Source: an uncultured Spirochaetota bacterium
GTDB taxonomy: Bacteria; Spirochaetota; Spirochaetia; SZUA-6; Fen-1364
NCBI GenBank assembly: GCA_963734545.1
Contig: CAVTHO010000008.1
Span: 384,001 to 448,000, forward strand
Length of the DNA stretch: 64,000 nucleotides
Direction of reading: 5' to 3'
Notes under the pieces: generated by a model
The model's database searches: none
The model's input: the letters and a program-made list of their open reading frames with translations, nothing else
Told to the model about the DNA's origin: nothing
Shown: positions 42,638-53,029 of the stretch, one piece after another
How positions within the stretch are numbered: position 1 is the first letter of the stretch
Layout of the letters: each line of letters starts with the position of its first letter
Position numbers and translations under genes: made by a program

Positions 42638-43732
42638 CTATCGTACGACCCGGGCGCCGCGTCCTTCCGCCATGGCGACGACCTGGTCCAGACGCGCCAT
42701 CGAGATGTCCCCCGGATACGTGGTAAGAAGCGCCCCGTGGGCCCATCCGAGCCTGAGGGCGCGCTCGGCCGGCTGCCCCGTCAGCAAGCCGTAGATGAGC
42801 CCGGCGGCAAAGCCGTCGCCGCTGCCAATCCTGTCGTAGACGTCCAGCTCGCATTCCTCGCTCTCGTGGAACCGGCCGTCATACCAGAGGACCGCCTTCC
42901 AGAGGTGCCGGGAAGCGGAGCGCACCTCGCGGAGCGTGGTGGCGATCAGCTTGATGTCGGGAAACTCGGCGCGCACCCTCTCGATCATGGTGTGAAAGGA
43001 GGCCGTGTCGAGCTTCGACTGTCGGGAAGACGGGTCGGGGCCCGGGATGCCGAGCGCGAGCTGAAGGTCCTCCTCGTTGCCGATCAACACGTCCGTGCGC
43101 GACGCGATACGTCGATTCACCTCGCGGGCGCGCGCCGACCCCCCCTCGGAGGCGTCCCAGAGCTTTTTACGGAAGTTCAGGTCGTAGGAGGTGATGGTTC
43201 CCGCGCGCCGCGCGCTGTCCATCCCTTCTTCGATCAGTGCCGACGAACCGGGTGACAGCGACGCGAAGATCCCGCCGGAATGGAACCACCGTACGCCGCG
43301 GGATTGGAAGAAGTCCTTCCAGTCGAAATCCCCCGGCGCGAGCATGGCGCCGGCCTCGTTCGCCCGGTCGTACCACACCTCGGGCGGCCGCACCCCCATG
43401 CCCCGGTCCGAGTAGGTGTTCGCGATCCGGGGGCCCCGCACTCCGTCGAAGTCGAACCACTTGAAATGCGGCTCGACACCTGCCCTGCGCACCTCGGATT
43501 CGACCCACCACCCGGGAGGATAGCGCACGTTGGCCGAGGCCATCGCCACGCGCAAGCCGAAGCACTTGGCGAGGTTTGCCGCCGGATTGTATTCCGCCCC
43601 CGAGCAGTGGCGCTCGAAGTGGTGGGCCTCGTGCAGGGGCACGACCCCCGGATCGAAACGCTGCACGAGAGCCCCGACAGCCATGAAATCGTACCGGCAG
43701 CTGCCCGGTTCCCGGATCACCAGTTTTCCCAT
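42638..43732 (-). CDS. PfkB family sugar kinase, KdgK-like
   Basis: GAEYN, YDRA, WFHSGGI, SYDLNFRKKLW, GNEED, DRIGSGDGFAAG. Confidence 0.88.
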   Translation of the reverse strand: MGKLVIREPGSCRYDFMAVGALVQRFDPGVVPLHEAHHFERHCSGAEYNPAANLAKCFGLRVAMASANVRYPPGWWVESEVRRAGVEPHFKWFDFDGVRGPRIANTYSDRGMGVRPPEVWYDRANEAGAMLAPGDFDWKDFFQSRGVRWFHSGGIFASLSPGSSALIEEGMDSARRAGTITSYDLNFRKKLWDASEGGSARAREVNRRIASRTDVLIGNEEDLQLALGIPGPDPSSRQSKLDTASFHTMIERVRAEFPDIKLIATTLREVRSASRHLWKAVLWYDGRFHESEECELDVYDRIGSGDGFAAGLIYGLLTGQPAERALRLGWAHGALLTTYPGDISMARLDQVVAMAEGRGARVVR

Positions 43733-43795
43733 CGTGCGAGCCTCCCAGAAACTCATAACACACCGGCGGTTCGCTGTCACTCGGGTCTTTTTTTC

Positions 43796-43824
43796 TTGAC
43801 ACGCCGGGAGATCGAGTGCAGAAT
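43796..43824 (+). promoter_or_regulatory. Putative sigma70 promoter
   Basis: TTGACA-17 bp-CAGAAT; SD GGAGG before ATG 43849. Confidence 0.55.
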
Positions 43825-43848
43825 TTCCGGCTCCAGAGAGGAGGCACG

Positions 43849-44268
43849 ATGAGCGCGGATATGGGAGATGTTGCGGGAACAAAGGCGCGGCCGTGGGTCT
43901 TGCACACTCCCGGCGGCGAATCGGGATTTCGCGCGTACCGGGACCCCACAGGGGAGCCGCCGGCAATCGTGGTGAAGGCGGGGGGAATCGAGCTGACCTA
44001 TCACTTGCGCTGCCTGAACGATCTGGACGAGATGTTGAAGGCCCATGGTGACTGGATGCCGCTGGGAATCGCGGAGGAAAAGACACCGGCCGCGGAAGGC
44101 ACGGTGGAGGCGTGGGCCCGCTCACCGAAGAACCCCGTCAAAGGCTGGTATGGCCTGCAAAAGGGAATGCGGGGCCGGTTCGCCGCGTACATACCGCCCA
44201 TCATGGCCGCGCTCGACCTCGCGGAGATCGACGAGGATCCCCGCAATCCCCGCATGCGGGCTGTGTAA
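43849..44268 (+). CDS. DUF6855-like protein of unknown function
   Basis: [51 protein letters not shown] recalled as DUF6855 pattern. Confidence 0.7.
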   Translation: MSADMGDVAGTKARPWVLHTPGGESGFRAYRDPTGEPPAIVVKAGGIELTYHLRCLNDLDEMLKAHGDWMPLGIAEEKTPAAEGTVEAWARSPKNPVKGWYGLQKGMRGRFAAYIPPIMAALDLAEIDEDPRNPRMRAV

Positions 44269-44302
44269 GGGCAGTGCGCGCCCGGGACAGGGAGACCCAA
44301 AA

Positions 44303-45090
44303 ATGAACGCGGACACGCGCGGACAGGGAGTCGGGCTCGCGCTCGGAGGAGGAGCGGCCCGCGGGCTCGCGCACATCGGGGTGTTCAAGGTCCTGGAAGA
44401 GGAGGGCATTCCGGTCAGCCACGTGGCAGGCACGAGCGCCGGCAGCCTGATGGGCGCCCTTTTCTGTGCCGGGCCTGACCTACCGTGAAATGCTGGAAAG
44501 GGCGCAGGGGGTGGATTGGCTGCGCATCGCTTCCCTCACCTTCCCGCGGATGGGCTTCATGAAAATGGACAGGCTGGAACGGCTCGTCGAGGAGACCCTG
44601 GGAAAGCGGACCTTCGCGAGCCTCGCCATCCCGCTGTCGGTGGTGACAGTCGACCTCATGACCGGGGAGCAGGTGGTCCTGAAGGCAGGCTCGGTGGGCC
44701 GGGCCGTCCGGGCCAGCTGCAGCATTCCCGGTATTTTCGAGCCGTTCAACGACAACGGGAGACTCCTGGTCGATGGCGGCCTGGCGAACAACGTGCCGGT
44801 GGATGTCGTGCGCGGCATGGGGGCAAAGAAGGTCCTGGCGGTCTCCCTGAACGCGGACAGGCATCACGCCACCCCGCCTCGGCACGTCCTGGATGTGCTG
44901 TTCTATTCATTCGACATCCTGATGAACAGCAGCGTGCAAAGGAACCTCGCGGAAGCCGAAATCGTCATTGCCCCGGAAGATAGGCGGCTTCTCGTACAGG
45001 GAATTGCGCAACGCCAACGAGCTTGTGGCGCAGGGAGAAAAGGCCATGCGCGGCGGGCTCAAGCGGCTGAAAGAACTGCTGCGCACCTGA
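44303..45090 (+). CDS. Patatin-like phospholipase (frameshifted)
   Basis: [29 protein letters not shown]. Confidence 0.92.
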
Positions 45091-45141
45091 GGCTGCCTGA
45101 GCACGGCCGGCGGGACTGAACGAACGGAGCCGCGCCCTGCC

Positions 45142-48100
45142 CTACGCGTTCGCCAGCCGATCCCCTTCAGAGGACTCCTGCGCGATCTGCTTCTCCGTGC
45201 GCCTGCGCTCGAAAAGGTAGAAGGCTGCCGGGACCACGAAGAAGGTCAGGATGGCCGAGGAGACAATGCCGCCGAACATGACCACTCCGAGCCTCTGGCC
45301 GAACTCGGTTCCCTCGCCCCGGCCGAAGACGAGCGGGCCCGAGATGGCGAGCACCGTCAGCGTCGTCATGACGATGGGCCGGAAGCGCAGGCGGGCGGAA
45401 TCTATCAGCGCCTCCTTCAGCGGCATCTTGCCGATGCGCTCGACCACGAAGTCCAGGTACAGGATCGCGTTCTTGGCCGACAGTCCGATGAGCAGCAGCA
45501 TGCCCAGCACGCCGAACATGTCCAGCCCGCCGCCCAGGAGCGCCACGAAGGCGAGCGCGCCGATGATGGCCATGGGCACCGGCATGAGCAGGTACAGGGG
45601 ATAGCGCCAGGAATTGAACTGCGACGCCATGACCAGGTAGGCGAGGAAAAGTGCGAGGGCGAATGCGATGCCTCCCGTGGTCTGCACCTGGCGCGCAAGG
45701 GCGCCGGCGCTCATGGAGCCGCCCGAGCCGAGAGTCACCCTGCTGTCCAGCAGGCCCTGGCCGGTCAACTGGCTCTCCAGCGCGTTCTGGAACGCGAGGG
45801 CGGGCGGCGCGCCTTTTGCCAGGCTGATGGACAGGGTGGCCGTGTAGAGCCTGTTGTACCGGTCCACGCTGATGGGAGACTGGCGCAGCACGAGGCTTCC
45901 GAGCTGGCCCACCTGCAGCCTCTGCTGCCGGGCGGACGAATAGATGGGCAGGTTCATGAGAGACTGCGCGTCCGAGAGATGCGTCGGATCGATCTGCACC
46001 ATGATGGGATAGCTCTGGCCGCCGATCTCCGCGTTGCCGGCCTTGGTGCCCGACGCATAGGTCTGCAGGAGGCCGGCAACGGTGCTCGGGCTGATGCCTG
46101 TTCCCTGGAGCTGTGATTCGTCCGGCTTGAAGTCCCGCTCCACGGTGACGTTGGAGAGGCTGGAGGTGGCGCTCACCACCGACGGGTTGTTCGTCACTGC
46201 CCGGAGGATCCTCCCGCTCCTCTGCAGGAGGAGGTCCTTGTCCGATGACAGGAGGTTCAGGGAGATGGTCGCGCCTCCTCCGGGGGGCCCGCCGCCGGCG
46301 CTCAGGCTCAGCGTGGCCGATGGGTCGACTTTAAAAAGCTGGTCGCCCATCTGCTTTCTGTATCGGGCCATGAGATCGTACACGCCGGCCCGATGGCTGC
46401 GGGGGACGAGCCGGACGATCATCGTAATGTTCTCCGACCTGTTGACGCCGACCATGAACGCGCCGGCGCCTCCAATGACGGACTGGACGCTCGTGACTTC
46501 GGGCTGGTGCAGGAGGAAAGCTTCCAGGCTGCCGGCAGAGACGTTCGTCGCCGCCAGCGTCGTTCCTGTGTGCATGACCACGTTCGCATTGATCGTGCCG
46601 CTGTCGCTCTGGGGAGCGAAGTTGAACGTGATTCTCGGCAGCACCAGCATCACGATCGCGGCGAGAACGGAGACGGCTGCCACAAGGACCGCGACGCTCC
46701 TGTCCAGAAGACCGACCAGGGAACGGGCATACCCTTCACGGATCCATTCAAAGGCCGCTTCCGTCCATCCATGCAGGGTCGTGGTGAGCGCCTGGAGAAA
46801 CCTGAAGAGCGCCCGCGTGACGTAGTGCAGGAGGGAGAGCAGGACCGGGTAGAGGAGCAGCGCCGGCAGGGCGATGAAGTGCCTTGTCGCGAGCAGCGCC
46901 CCGATGATGACGAGAGCCGCGATGATTCCGGCCGGCCTGCGCCATGCCCGGAAGCCCCATTTCATGGACTCGCCGACCTTGACGATACCTGCGGCCAGGC
47001 TGCTCCAATCCTGCGTGCGGTCGGATTCCGGCGTATACGCCAGGCGCACGGTGAGGAACAGAACCGCCTCCAGGAGGGAGAACGCGACGGCCGCGGCGAG
47101 ACCGAGGGAGAACTGCCGCAGGAAACTGCCGATGATGCCGCCCATGAAGCTGACGGGGATGAGCACGGACAGCAGAGAGAGCGTGGCGGCCACGACCGCG
47201 CTGAAGATTTCACTGGCTCCCTTGAGCACGGACTCCCTCTGGCTGAAGCCCATGGCGCGGTAGCGTTCCACGTTCTCCGCCACGACGATGGAATCGTCCA
47301 CCACGATTCCAATTGCCACGATCATGGCGAGCATGGACACGAGGTTCAGCGTGAAGCCCAGGAGGTTGTAAAGGACGGGGGCCGCGGAGAGCGCAATCGG
47401 GATCGCGAGGATCACGGAGAATGCGGTGTTGAGCCTGCCCAGGAAGAGCATGACGATGAGGGCAACGACCATCGCGGTGATGAAGATTTCCCGGTAGGTG
47501 GAGTTCAGGGATGCCTGGATGGGAGCGGTGGTGTCATTGCTGAAGAAGACCGAATAGCCTTCCGGCAGCTTCGTCTCCGTCACGAGCCTGCGCACATTCT
47601 TCACGACCGCCACGGCGTTGGAGGTTGCCGTCTGCTGGATGGACACGAGCACCGCGGGATTGCCGTTCACGCGCGCGTAGTTGGTCGACACCGGCAGGTC
47701 ACGGACGGTCGCTACGTCGCCCACCCGGACGCCGTTGACCGCATCCACGAGCGTGTCGGCGATCTTTCCCGTGTCCGCGGGCACGTTTTCGGTGGAGAAG
47801 GTGAGCGCGTTCCTGTGACTGTTGATGGTGCCGATGGGCTGGTCGATGGCAGAGGCGGCTATGGCGGCAACAACCTGCTGCGGCGAGAGCCTGTAGGACT
47901 GCAGGCGGTCCGGATTCAGGAGGACCTGGAACTGGCGGGTCGGCCCGCCGTCCACCTGGACGTTCGCGACCCCTGGTATGCGCACAAGGAGAGGCGTGAG
48001 CTCACTGGTCACATACGTGCTGACGTCCCCGAGGTTCGCCCCGGAGCCCGAGATGCCGAACTGAAGGACCGGGATGGACCGGGGATCGAAGGTCTGGACC

Positions 48101-48525
48101 ACAGGCGCGCTGATTCCGATGGGCAGACGCCGGGAGGCGGCCGACACGAGCGAGGCGACCTGGTTCGCGGCGCTGTCCTGTTTCGTGGACTCGGTGAAGG
48201 TGAGGATGACCACGCTCGCGCCCGTGGAGCTGGTGGAGTTGATGTCCGTGATGCCGCTGAGGCTGGAGACGGCGTTCTCCACGACCTGCGTGACCTGCTG
48301 GTCGATGACGCTCGGAGAGGCACCCGGGTAGGCGGTGGTGACCACGACGAACGGGAAGTTGATCGACGGGAACAGGTCGACGCCGAGACCCAGGAGCGAG
48401 ATCAGCCCGAAAGCGAAGATGGCGACGAACACACCGATCGAAAAGACGTAGCGCGTCACCGAGAACCGGATCAACGGATTGATCCGGTCGAATATCCTGG
48501 CCTGGAAGTCGCGCGTGGTTTTCAT
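45142..48525 (-). CDS. RND efflux transporter permease
   Basis: YPGASP, IVVDDSIVVAEN, AKNAIL, RFRPIVMTT. Confidence 0.95.
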   Translation of the reverse strand: MKTTRDFQARIFDRINPLIRFSVTRYVFSIGVFVAIFAFGLISLLGLGVDLFPSINFPFVVVTTAYPGASPSVIDQQVTQVVENAVSSLSGITDINSTSSTGASVVILTFTESTKQDSAANQVASLVSAASRRLPIGISAPVVQTFDPRSIPVLQFGISGSGANLGDVSTYVTSELTPLLVRIPGVANVQVDGGPTRQFQVLLNPDRLQSYRLSPQQVVAAIAASAIDQPIGTINSHRNALTFSTENVPADTGKIADTLVDAVNGVRVGDVATVRDLPVSTNYARVNGNPAVLVSIQQTATSNAVAVVKNVRRLVTETKLPEGYSVFFSNDTTAPIQASLNSTYREIFITAMVVALIVMLFLGRLNTAFSVILAIPIALSAAPVLYNLLGFTLNLVSMLAMIVAIGIVVDDSIVVAENVERYRAMGFSQRESVLKGASEIFSAVVAATLSLLSVLIPVSFMGGIIGSFLRQFSLGLAAAVAFSLLEAVLFLTVRLAYTPESDRTQDWSSLAAGIVKVGESMKWGFRAWRRPAGIIAALVIIGALLATRHFIALPALLLYPVLLSLLHYVTRALFRFLQALTTTLHGWTEAAFEWIREGYARSLVGLLDRSVAVLVAAVSVLAAIVMLVLPRITFNFAPQSDSGTINANVVMHTGTTLAATNVSAGSLEAFLLHQPEVTSVQSVIGGAGAFMVGVNRSENITMIVRLVPRSHRAGVYDLMARYRKQMGDQLFKVDPSATLSLSAGGGPPGGGATISLNLLSSDKDLLLQRSGRILRAVTNNPSVVSATSSLSNVTVERDFKPDESQLQGTGISPSTVAGLLQTYASGTKAGNAEIGGQSYPIMVQIDPTHLSDAQSLMNLPIYSSARQQRLQVGQLGSLVLRQSPISVDRYNRLYTATLSISLAKGAPPALAFQNALESQLTGQGLLDSRVTLGSGGSMSAGALARQVQTTGGIAFALALFLAYLVMASQFNSWRYPLYLLMPVPMAIIGALAFVALLGGGLDMFGVLGMLLLIGLSAKNAILYLDFVVERIGKMPLKEALIDSARLRFRPIVMTTLTVLAISGPLVFGRGEGTEFGQRLGVVMFGGIVSSAILTFFVVPAAFYLFERRRTEKQIAQESSEGDRLANA

Positions 48526-49813
48526 TTCTGTCCTTCCGCGGGGGCGGGAAGCGCCTTCACGACGGATCCATCGAGCAGGCCGGGCGGCGGGTTCAGGATC
48601 ACCATGGTCCCCGGCCGTCACCCCGGTCACGACCCCGGTGCTGCCGCTTTCGGCGAGGATCGTGATCTCGCGCATTTCCGCCTTGCCTGCACGCACGACG
48701 TACACGAAGGTCCGGTCCTCGCTGGTCTGCAGGGAGCCCGTGGGGACGAGCGCTCCCCGGGCAAGGGTGAGCGAGTAGCGCACCGTGCCCACGGCGCCGT
48801 ACGTGAGGGCCATGCCCGCCGGGACCGCCGCGGTGACGGCAACGACCCCGTTGAGAGGGACGTCGGCGGTCTGGCTGATGCGGAGGGCGTAGCTCTTCCC
48901 CGCGAGGACGAAGGCTGACCGGTGCGCCGACCCGGAGGCTCGGCGCGTCGGAGGGAGGCACGCTGAAATCGACCTCGCGCTGCTGGCTGGCGATGATGAA
49001 GGCCGGCGCGTTCTGGCTCACGAACTCACCCTCCTCCACATTGACGGCGACAAGCCGCCCTGCAAAGGGGGCCTTGATCGAGGCGTGCTCCAGGTTGAGC
49101 TGCGCCTGCTGGACGGCGAAGCCCGCCTGGTCCACGGCGAGCTTGAGCTGCGCGATGTTCTGCAGGTCCGCCTTCCTGTTCTGATCCAGCGCGGTGCGCG
49201 CCGACTCGAGGTTGGCCTGCGCCATGGCGAGGTCGCTCATCGCCTTGTCCATCTCTGCCCCGGTGGCGCCGCCGAGGTCGAACAGCGCCTTCTTCGAATC
49301 GTAGTTCCTCTGTGCGACGGAAAGCGAGGACTCGGCGGAATTGACCTGGAGATCGAGCTTTGGATTGGCCTGCGCGGTCGTATCCTGCGTCGTGGAGAGA
49401 TTGATGCGTGCCGCCTCGAGGGACGCCTGCGCCGTCTTCAGGGACAGCCGAAGCTGGCTGTCATCGAGCTGGACAACGGCGTCGCCCTTTTCCACCCTGT
49501 CCCCTGCCCGGCGCAGCACGCGCGCCACGATCCCGCCGACCTGGCCCGCGACCTGGCTCTGCATGACCGGATTCACCGTGCCGGAGGTCTGGTGCTCCAC
49601 CACGAGGGCATCGATCGTGACAGGCACGACCCGCACCGCGATCTCCGCCATCCCGGGTCCCCCCGCGGAAGATCGGGCGGTCCCCGCCGGAGACGCAGCC
49701 GCTTTCGCGGGGTCCCCTCCGGTCTGCCGGGGCGCGCACCCGATTGCCGTCACGGCGAGAGCCAGCGCACCTGCTGCGAAGATGGCGCGGGGCAGTGTCA
49801 TTCTTCTCTTCAT
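48522..49813 (-). CDS. RND periplasmic adaptor lipoprotein (frameshifted)
   Basis: Lipobox-like TAIGC, VGGIV..GDRVEKGD, IKAPFAG..VEEGEFV, LVP..FVYVV..A. Confidence 0.88.
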
Positions 49814-49820
49814 ACAGCTA

Positions 49821-49848
49821 TTTACATCAATTGACTGTTTGTTGTAAA
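49821..49848. promoter_or_regulatory. Inverted repeat operator over RND promoter
   Basis: TTTACATCAA-N8-TTGTTGTAAA, AT-rich island 8 bp upstream of adaptor start. Confidence 0.55.
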
Positions 49849-49913
49849 CCTCACGGCCGCGCCGGCGCCGCCCTCGGTTGACATTCGAGGGCCCACCCGG
49901 GAAGATTCGAGGA

Positions 49914-51237
49914 ATGAAACCGAAAGGTCCCCTGGCGCCTCCGGTCCTCGCGGACAACTCGCTCCTTTCCCGGAACCCGGGCATGCGGGCGCACGCGAAC
50001 TACCTCTTTGTCCTGCTTTTTCTCCTGTACATGTTCGACTACATCGACAGGACGATCGTGACATCCCTCTTTCCCCTTCCTGAAGAACGATCTCGGCTTG
50101 AACGACACGCAGAGCGGGTCCCTCGTTTCGGCCGTCTACTGGGCCATCGTGTTTTTCACCTTTCCCGTTTCCATCCTCGTCGACCGGTGGAGCAGGAAGC
50201 GAAGCATCGGGCTCATGGTCACCCTGTGGAGCATCGCCACCGGCGTGGCCGCGTTCGTGAAGACTTTTCCCCAGCTCTTCATTGCCCGCGCGGCGGTGGG
50301 CGTCGGCGAAGCGGGGTACGCTCCCGGAGGCACGTCGCTGATATCCGCCATCTACCCCCAGGGGAAACGCTCGCGCATGCTGGGGCTCTGGAATGCCTCC
50401 ATCCCGCTGGGCATTGCGCTGGGGACCGCCCTGGGCGGCATCATCGCGACACGCTGGGGATGGAAGCACGCGTTCGGGCTCGTGGCGATACCCGGCCTCC
50501 TCATCGGCGTGCTTTTCTTCTTCTCCGCCCGGGACTACAAGACGGTGGAGCTGGTCAAGTCAATCAACGAGGGTACGGGAAAAAAGAAGATGCGCGCCAG
50601 GGACATCCTGCGTGAGTTCTCCCGCACGCCTTCACTCCTCCTGACCTATCTCGGGTTTGCCGGCAACACGTTCGTGAGCACGGCGCTCATTACGTGGCTC
50701 CCCTCTTTTTTCAACCGCACGCAGGGCATCCCGATGAACCAGGCGGGGCTGAAGACCTCCCTGGTACTGGGCCTCGCCATCGTCGGCGCACCGTTGGGCG
50801 GCATTCTGGCGGACGCGTGGATGAAACGCAGGGTGAACGCGCGGCTTCTCTTCGGGGGAATCACCTCGCTGGTGTCTGCCGCGCTGCTGTTCGTCTCATT
50901 CGCGCTCCTCCGCGGCTCCGCGCAATACGTTTTCCTGCTTGCCGGCGGGCTCACTGCCGTGGCCTACGTCTCGGCAGCCTCCGCCGTGACACAGGATGTC
51001 GTGCATCCCGGCTTGTGGGCAATCTCGTACAGCATCTGCGTGATCGTGCAGAATACATTGAGCTCCCTGGCGCCGGTGTACGTCGGCGCCCTTTCGGACC
51101 GTTTCGGTCTTGCCCCCGCAATGCTCTCGGTCCCCGCTTTCTCCGCGGTGGGAGGAATCCTGTTCCTGCTCGGAGCGGTCTTCTACAGGCGGGACCTTGC
51201 CAAGGTGGAAAAGGTGCCCGTGGAAGTGGAAGAATAG
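49914..51237 (+). CDS. MFS transporter (Spinster-like), frameshift near 50075
   Basis: FDYIDR, LVDRWSRK, RAAVGVGEA, WGWKHAF; about 12 TM; TTGACA at 49878 upstream. Confidence 0.9.
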
Positions 51238-51254
51238 CCGTTCGGCGCAACGGT

Positions 51255-51671
51255 CTATTCCTCGCGGGCAGGGCCCCGCAGCCGCTTGTGCGCGGAGCGA
51301 AGCTTCTTGGCCCGAAGCCGCGCCTCGCGGGCCGCGCGGGAAGGACGCGTCTTCACCCTGCTCTTCGGCTTCACCATTGCCGCTGCAATGAGCTCCGCCA
51401 TGCGTGTCACGGCGATTTCGCGGTTCCGTGCCTGCTCCCGGGTATCCTGCACGGCAACCACGATGTCCCCTTCCGCGGTGACCCGATTGGCAAGACGCGT
51501 CTCGACGCGGCGGCGGTCGCTTTCGGGAAGGAAGCCAAGGTCGGCGAGCGCGAGCCGCGCAACGGCCTTGCTCGCCACCTTGTTCACGTTCTGCCCGCCC
51601 GGTCCGCCTGACCGGGCGAACGTGAACCTGATGAGCTGCCCGACCGAATCCGCGAGCTCGGATCTCTTCAT
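51255..51671 (-). CDS. arfB: Alternative ribosome rescue factor B
   Basis: RSGGPGGQNVNK, REQARNR, basic tail TRPSRAAREARLRAKK. Confidence 0.93.
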   Translation of the reverse strand: MKRSELADSVGQLIRFTFARSGGPGGQNVNKVASKAVARLALADLGFLPESDRRRVETRLANRVTAEGDIVVAVQDTREQARNREIAVTRMAELIAAAMVKPKSRVKTRPSRAAREARLRAKKLRSAHKRLRGPAREE

Positions 51672-53029
51672 GGCGTCGGCGCCGACACGGGCATGCGGAT
51701 GGTGAAGGTCGCGCCCCTGCCCACCTCGGAGGACACCCCGATGCTCCAGCCGTGGCCTTCGATGATCGACTTGACGGTTGTCAGGCCCAGCCCGAATCCC
51801 GACTCCCGGCGGGAATTCGTTCCCCGGTAGAAGGGATCGAAGATGTGCGAAAGATCATCCGGCGGGATGCCGATGCCGGTGTCCGAGATGGAGAGCGCGA
51901 TCTCCGCGCCCGTCCTCCGCGCATCGAGGGTGATCTTTCCCTGCTGACCCGTGTAGCGGATCGCGTTCCCCACCAGGTTTTCCAGCGCCCGGGTGAAAAG
52001 ACCGGCGTCCATACGCACCGTGAGGTCGTCCGCAAGGTCGATGGACCAGGAGAATTCGCGCTTGAGGATGAGCGCGTCCTCCGCGAACCTCCGCGCGATT
52101 TCAGTGAGGAACTGACGGACCGCCACCTCCCGATGCGTCAGGCGCCATTCGCCGGTCTCCATCCGGACGAACCCGATCAGGTCGCCGATCATGCCCTCGA
52201 GACTCCGCGACTTGTCGAGGATGATGGAGAGGTACCTCTTCTGCGTCTCGGGCTCGGCGGCGTAACCGTCCGCGATGGCTTCCACGTAGCCCTGGATGAG
52301 AGTCAGGGGGGTCTTCAGGTCGTGCGACACTCCCATGATGAAGCGGGCGCGCCGGGCATACTCCTCCTTGAGGGCGCGGCGCATGCTGTCGAACGAACGG
52401 GTGAGGGATGCGATGCGGTCGTTTCCGCGCGCCGGAAGCTCGAAATCGAGGTTCCCGTCCGCAATGCGCCGCGTGGCCCCCTCGAGCGTGAGGATGGAGC
52501 GGTTCAGCGAGCGAAGGATGAGAAAGCTCATCAGGGAAGAGAAGATGAGGAGCGCGATGGTAGGGTAGGTCACCAGCTCGAAGGCCAGGGTCCTGAATCG
52601 CGCCACTTCCGGCCGGATCTTGGGGAGCTTGAGGATCAGCAGCGAATCGTCGCTGCCGGGAGCGTGCGACGTCTCGACCTGGAAATGGAACTGGTCGATG
52701 TTCGCCCGGATGTACCGCATGAGCTGCGCGCTCGTGGCGGGCGTGCCCGGCGGGAGCTCGGGGATCGTCGAGGAGGAGATCACGTCATCCTTGTCGAGGA
52801 TCACGAGGTCGAGGCCCGGCGGCCTCCCCTCCGCCAGCGCGCCGAGCTCGTGACGCTTGATGGCCCGCGGCACTTTCCTGCCGATCCAGGACATGATCTG
52901 CGGGTAGTTGGGCAGCGGATCGCGGTTCCGGGCAGCATAGAACTGCTCGAAGAGCATGAAGGTGCTCACCAGGAACGGCACGGCGATGATGCCGCCGACC
53001 AGGATCAGAAACTGCGTGCGCAGCTTCAT
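51668..53029 (-). CDS. HAMP sensor histidine kinase
   Basis: Two TMs, HAMP, SHDLKTPL, NLVGNAIRY, DTGIG, GFGLGL. Confidence 0.95.
   Translation of the reverse strand: MKLRTQFLILVGGIIAVPFLVSTFMLFEQFYAARNRDPLPNYPQIMSWIGRKVPRAIKRHELGALAEGRPPGLDLVILDKDDVISSSTIPELPPGTPATSAQLMRYIRANIDQFHFQVETSHAPGSDDSLLILKLPKIRPEVARFRTLAFELVTYPTIALLIFSSLMSFLILRSLNRSILTLEGATRRIADGNLDFELPARGNDRIASLTRSFDSMRRALKEEYARRARFIMGVSHDLKTPLTLIQGYVEAIADGYAAEPETQKRYLSIILDKSRSLEGMIGDLIGFVRMETGEWRLTHREVAVRQFLTEIARRFAEDALILKREFSWSIDLADDLTVRMDAGLFTRALENLVGNAIRYTGQQGKITLDARRTGAEIALSISDTGIGIPPDDLSHIFDPFYRGTNSRRESGFGLGLTTVKSIIEGHGWSIGVSSEVGRGATFTIRMPVSAPTP

Noticed and set aside
44303-45090. Patatin as CBASS-type defence effector
   Set aside because: No CD-NTase or other defence genes; typical RssA-like sequence
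46393-48918. 841-aa antisense ORF and similar long shadow ORFs
   Set aside because: Expected from high-GC codon bias opposite real genes; no motifs
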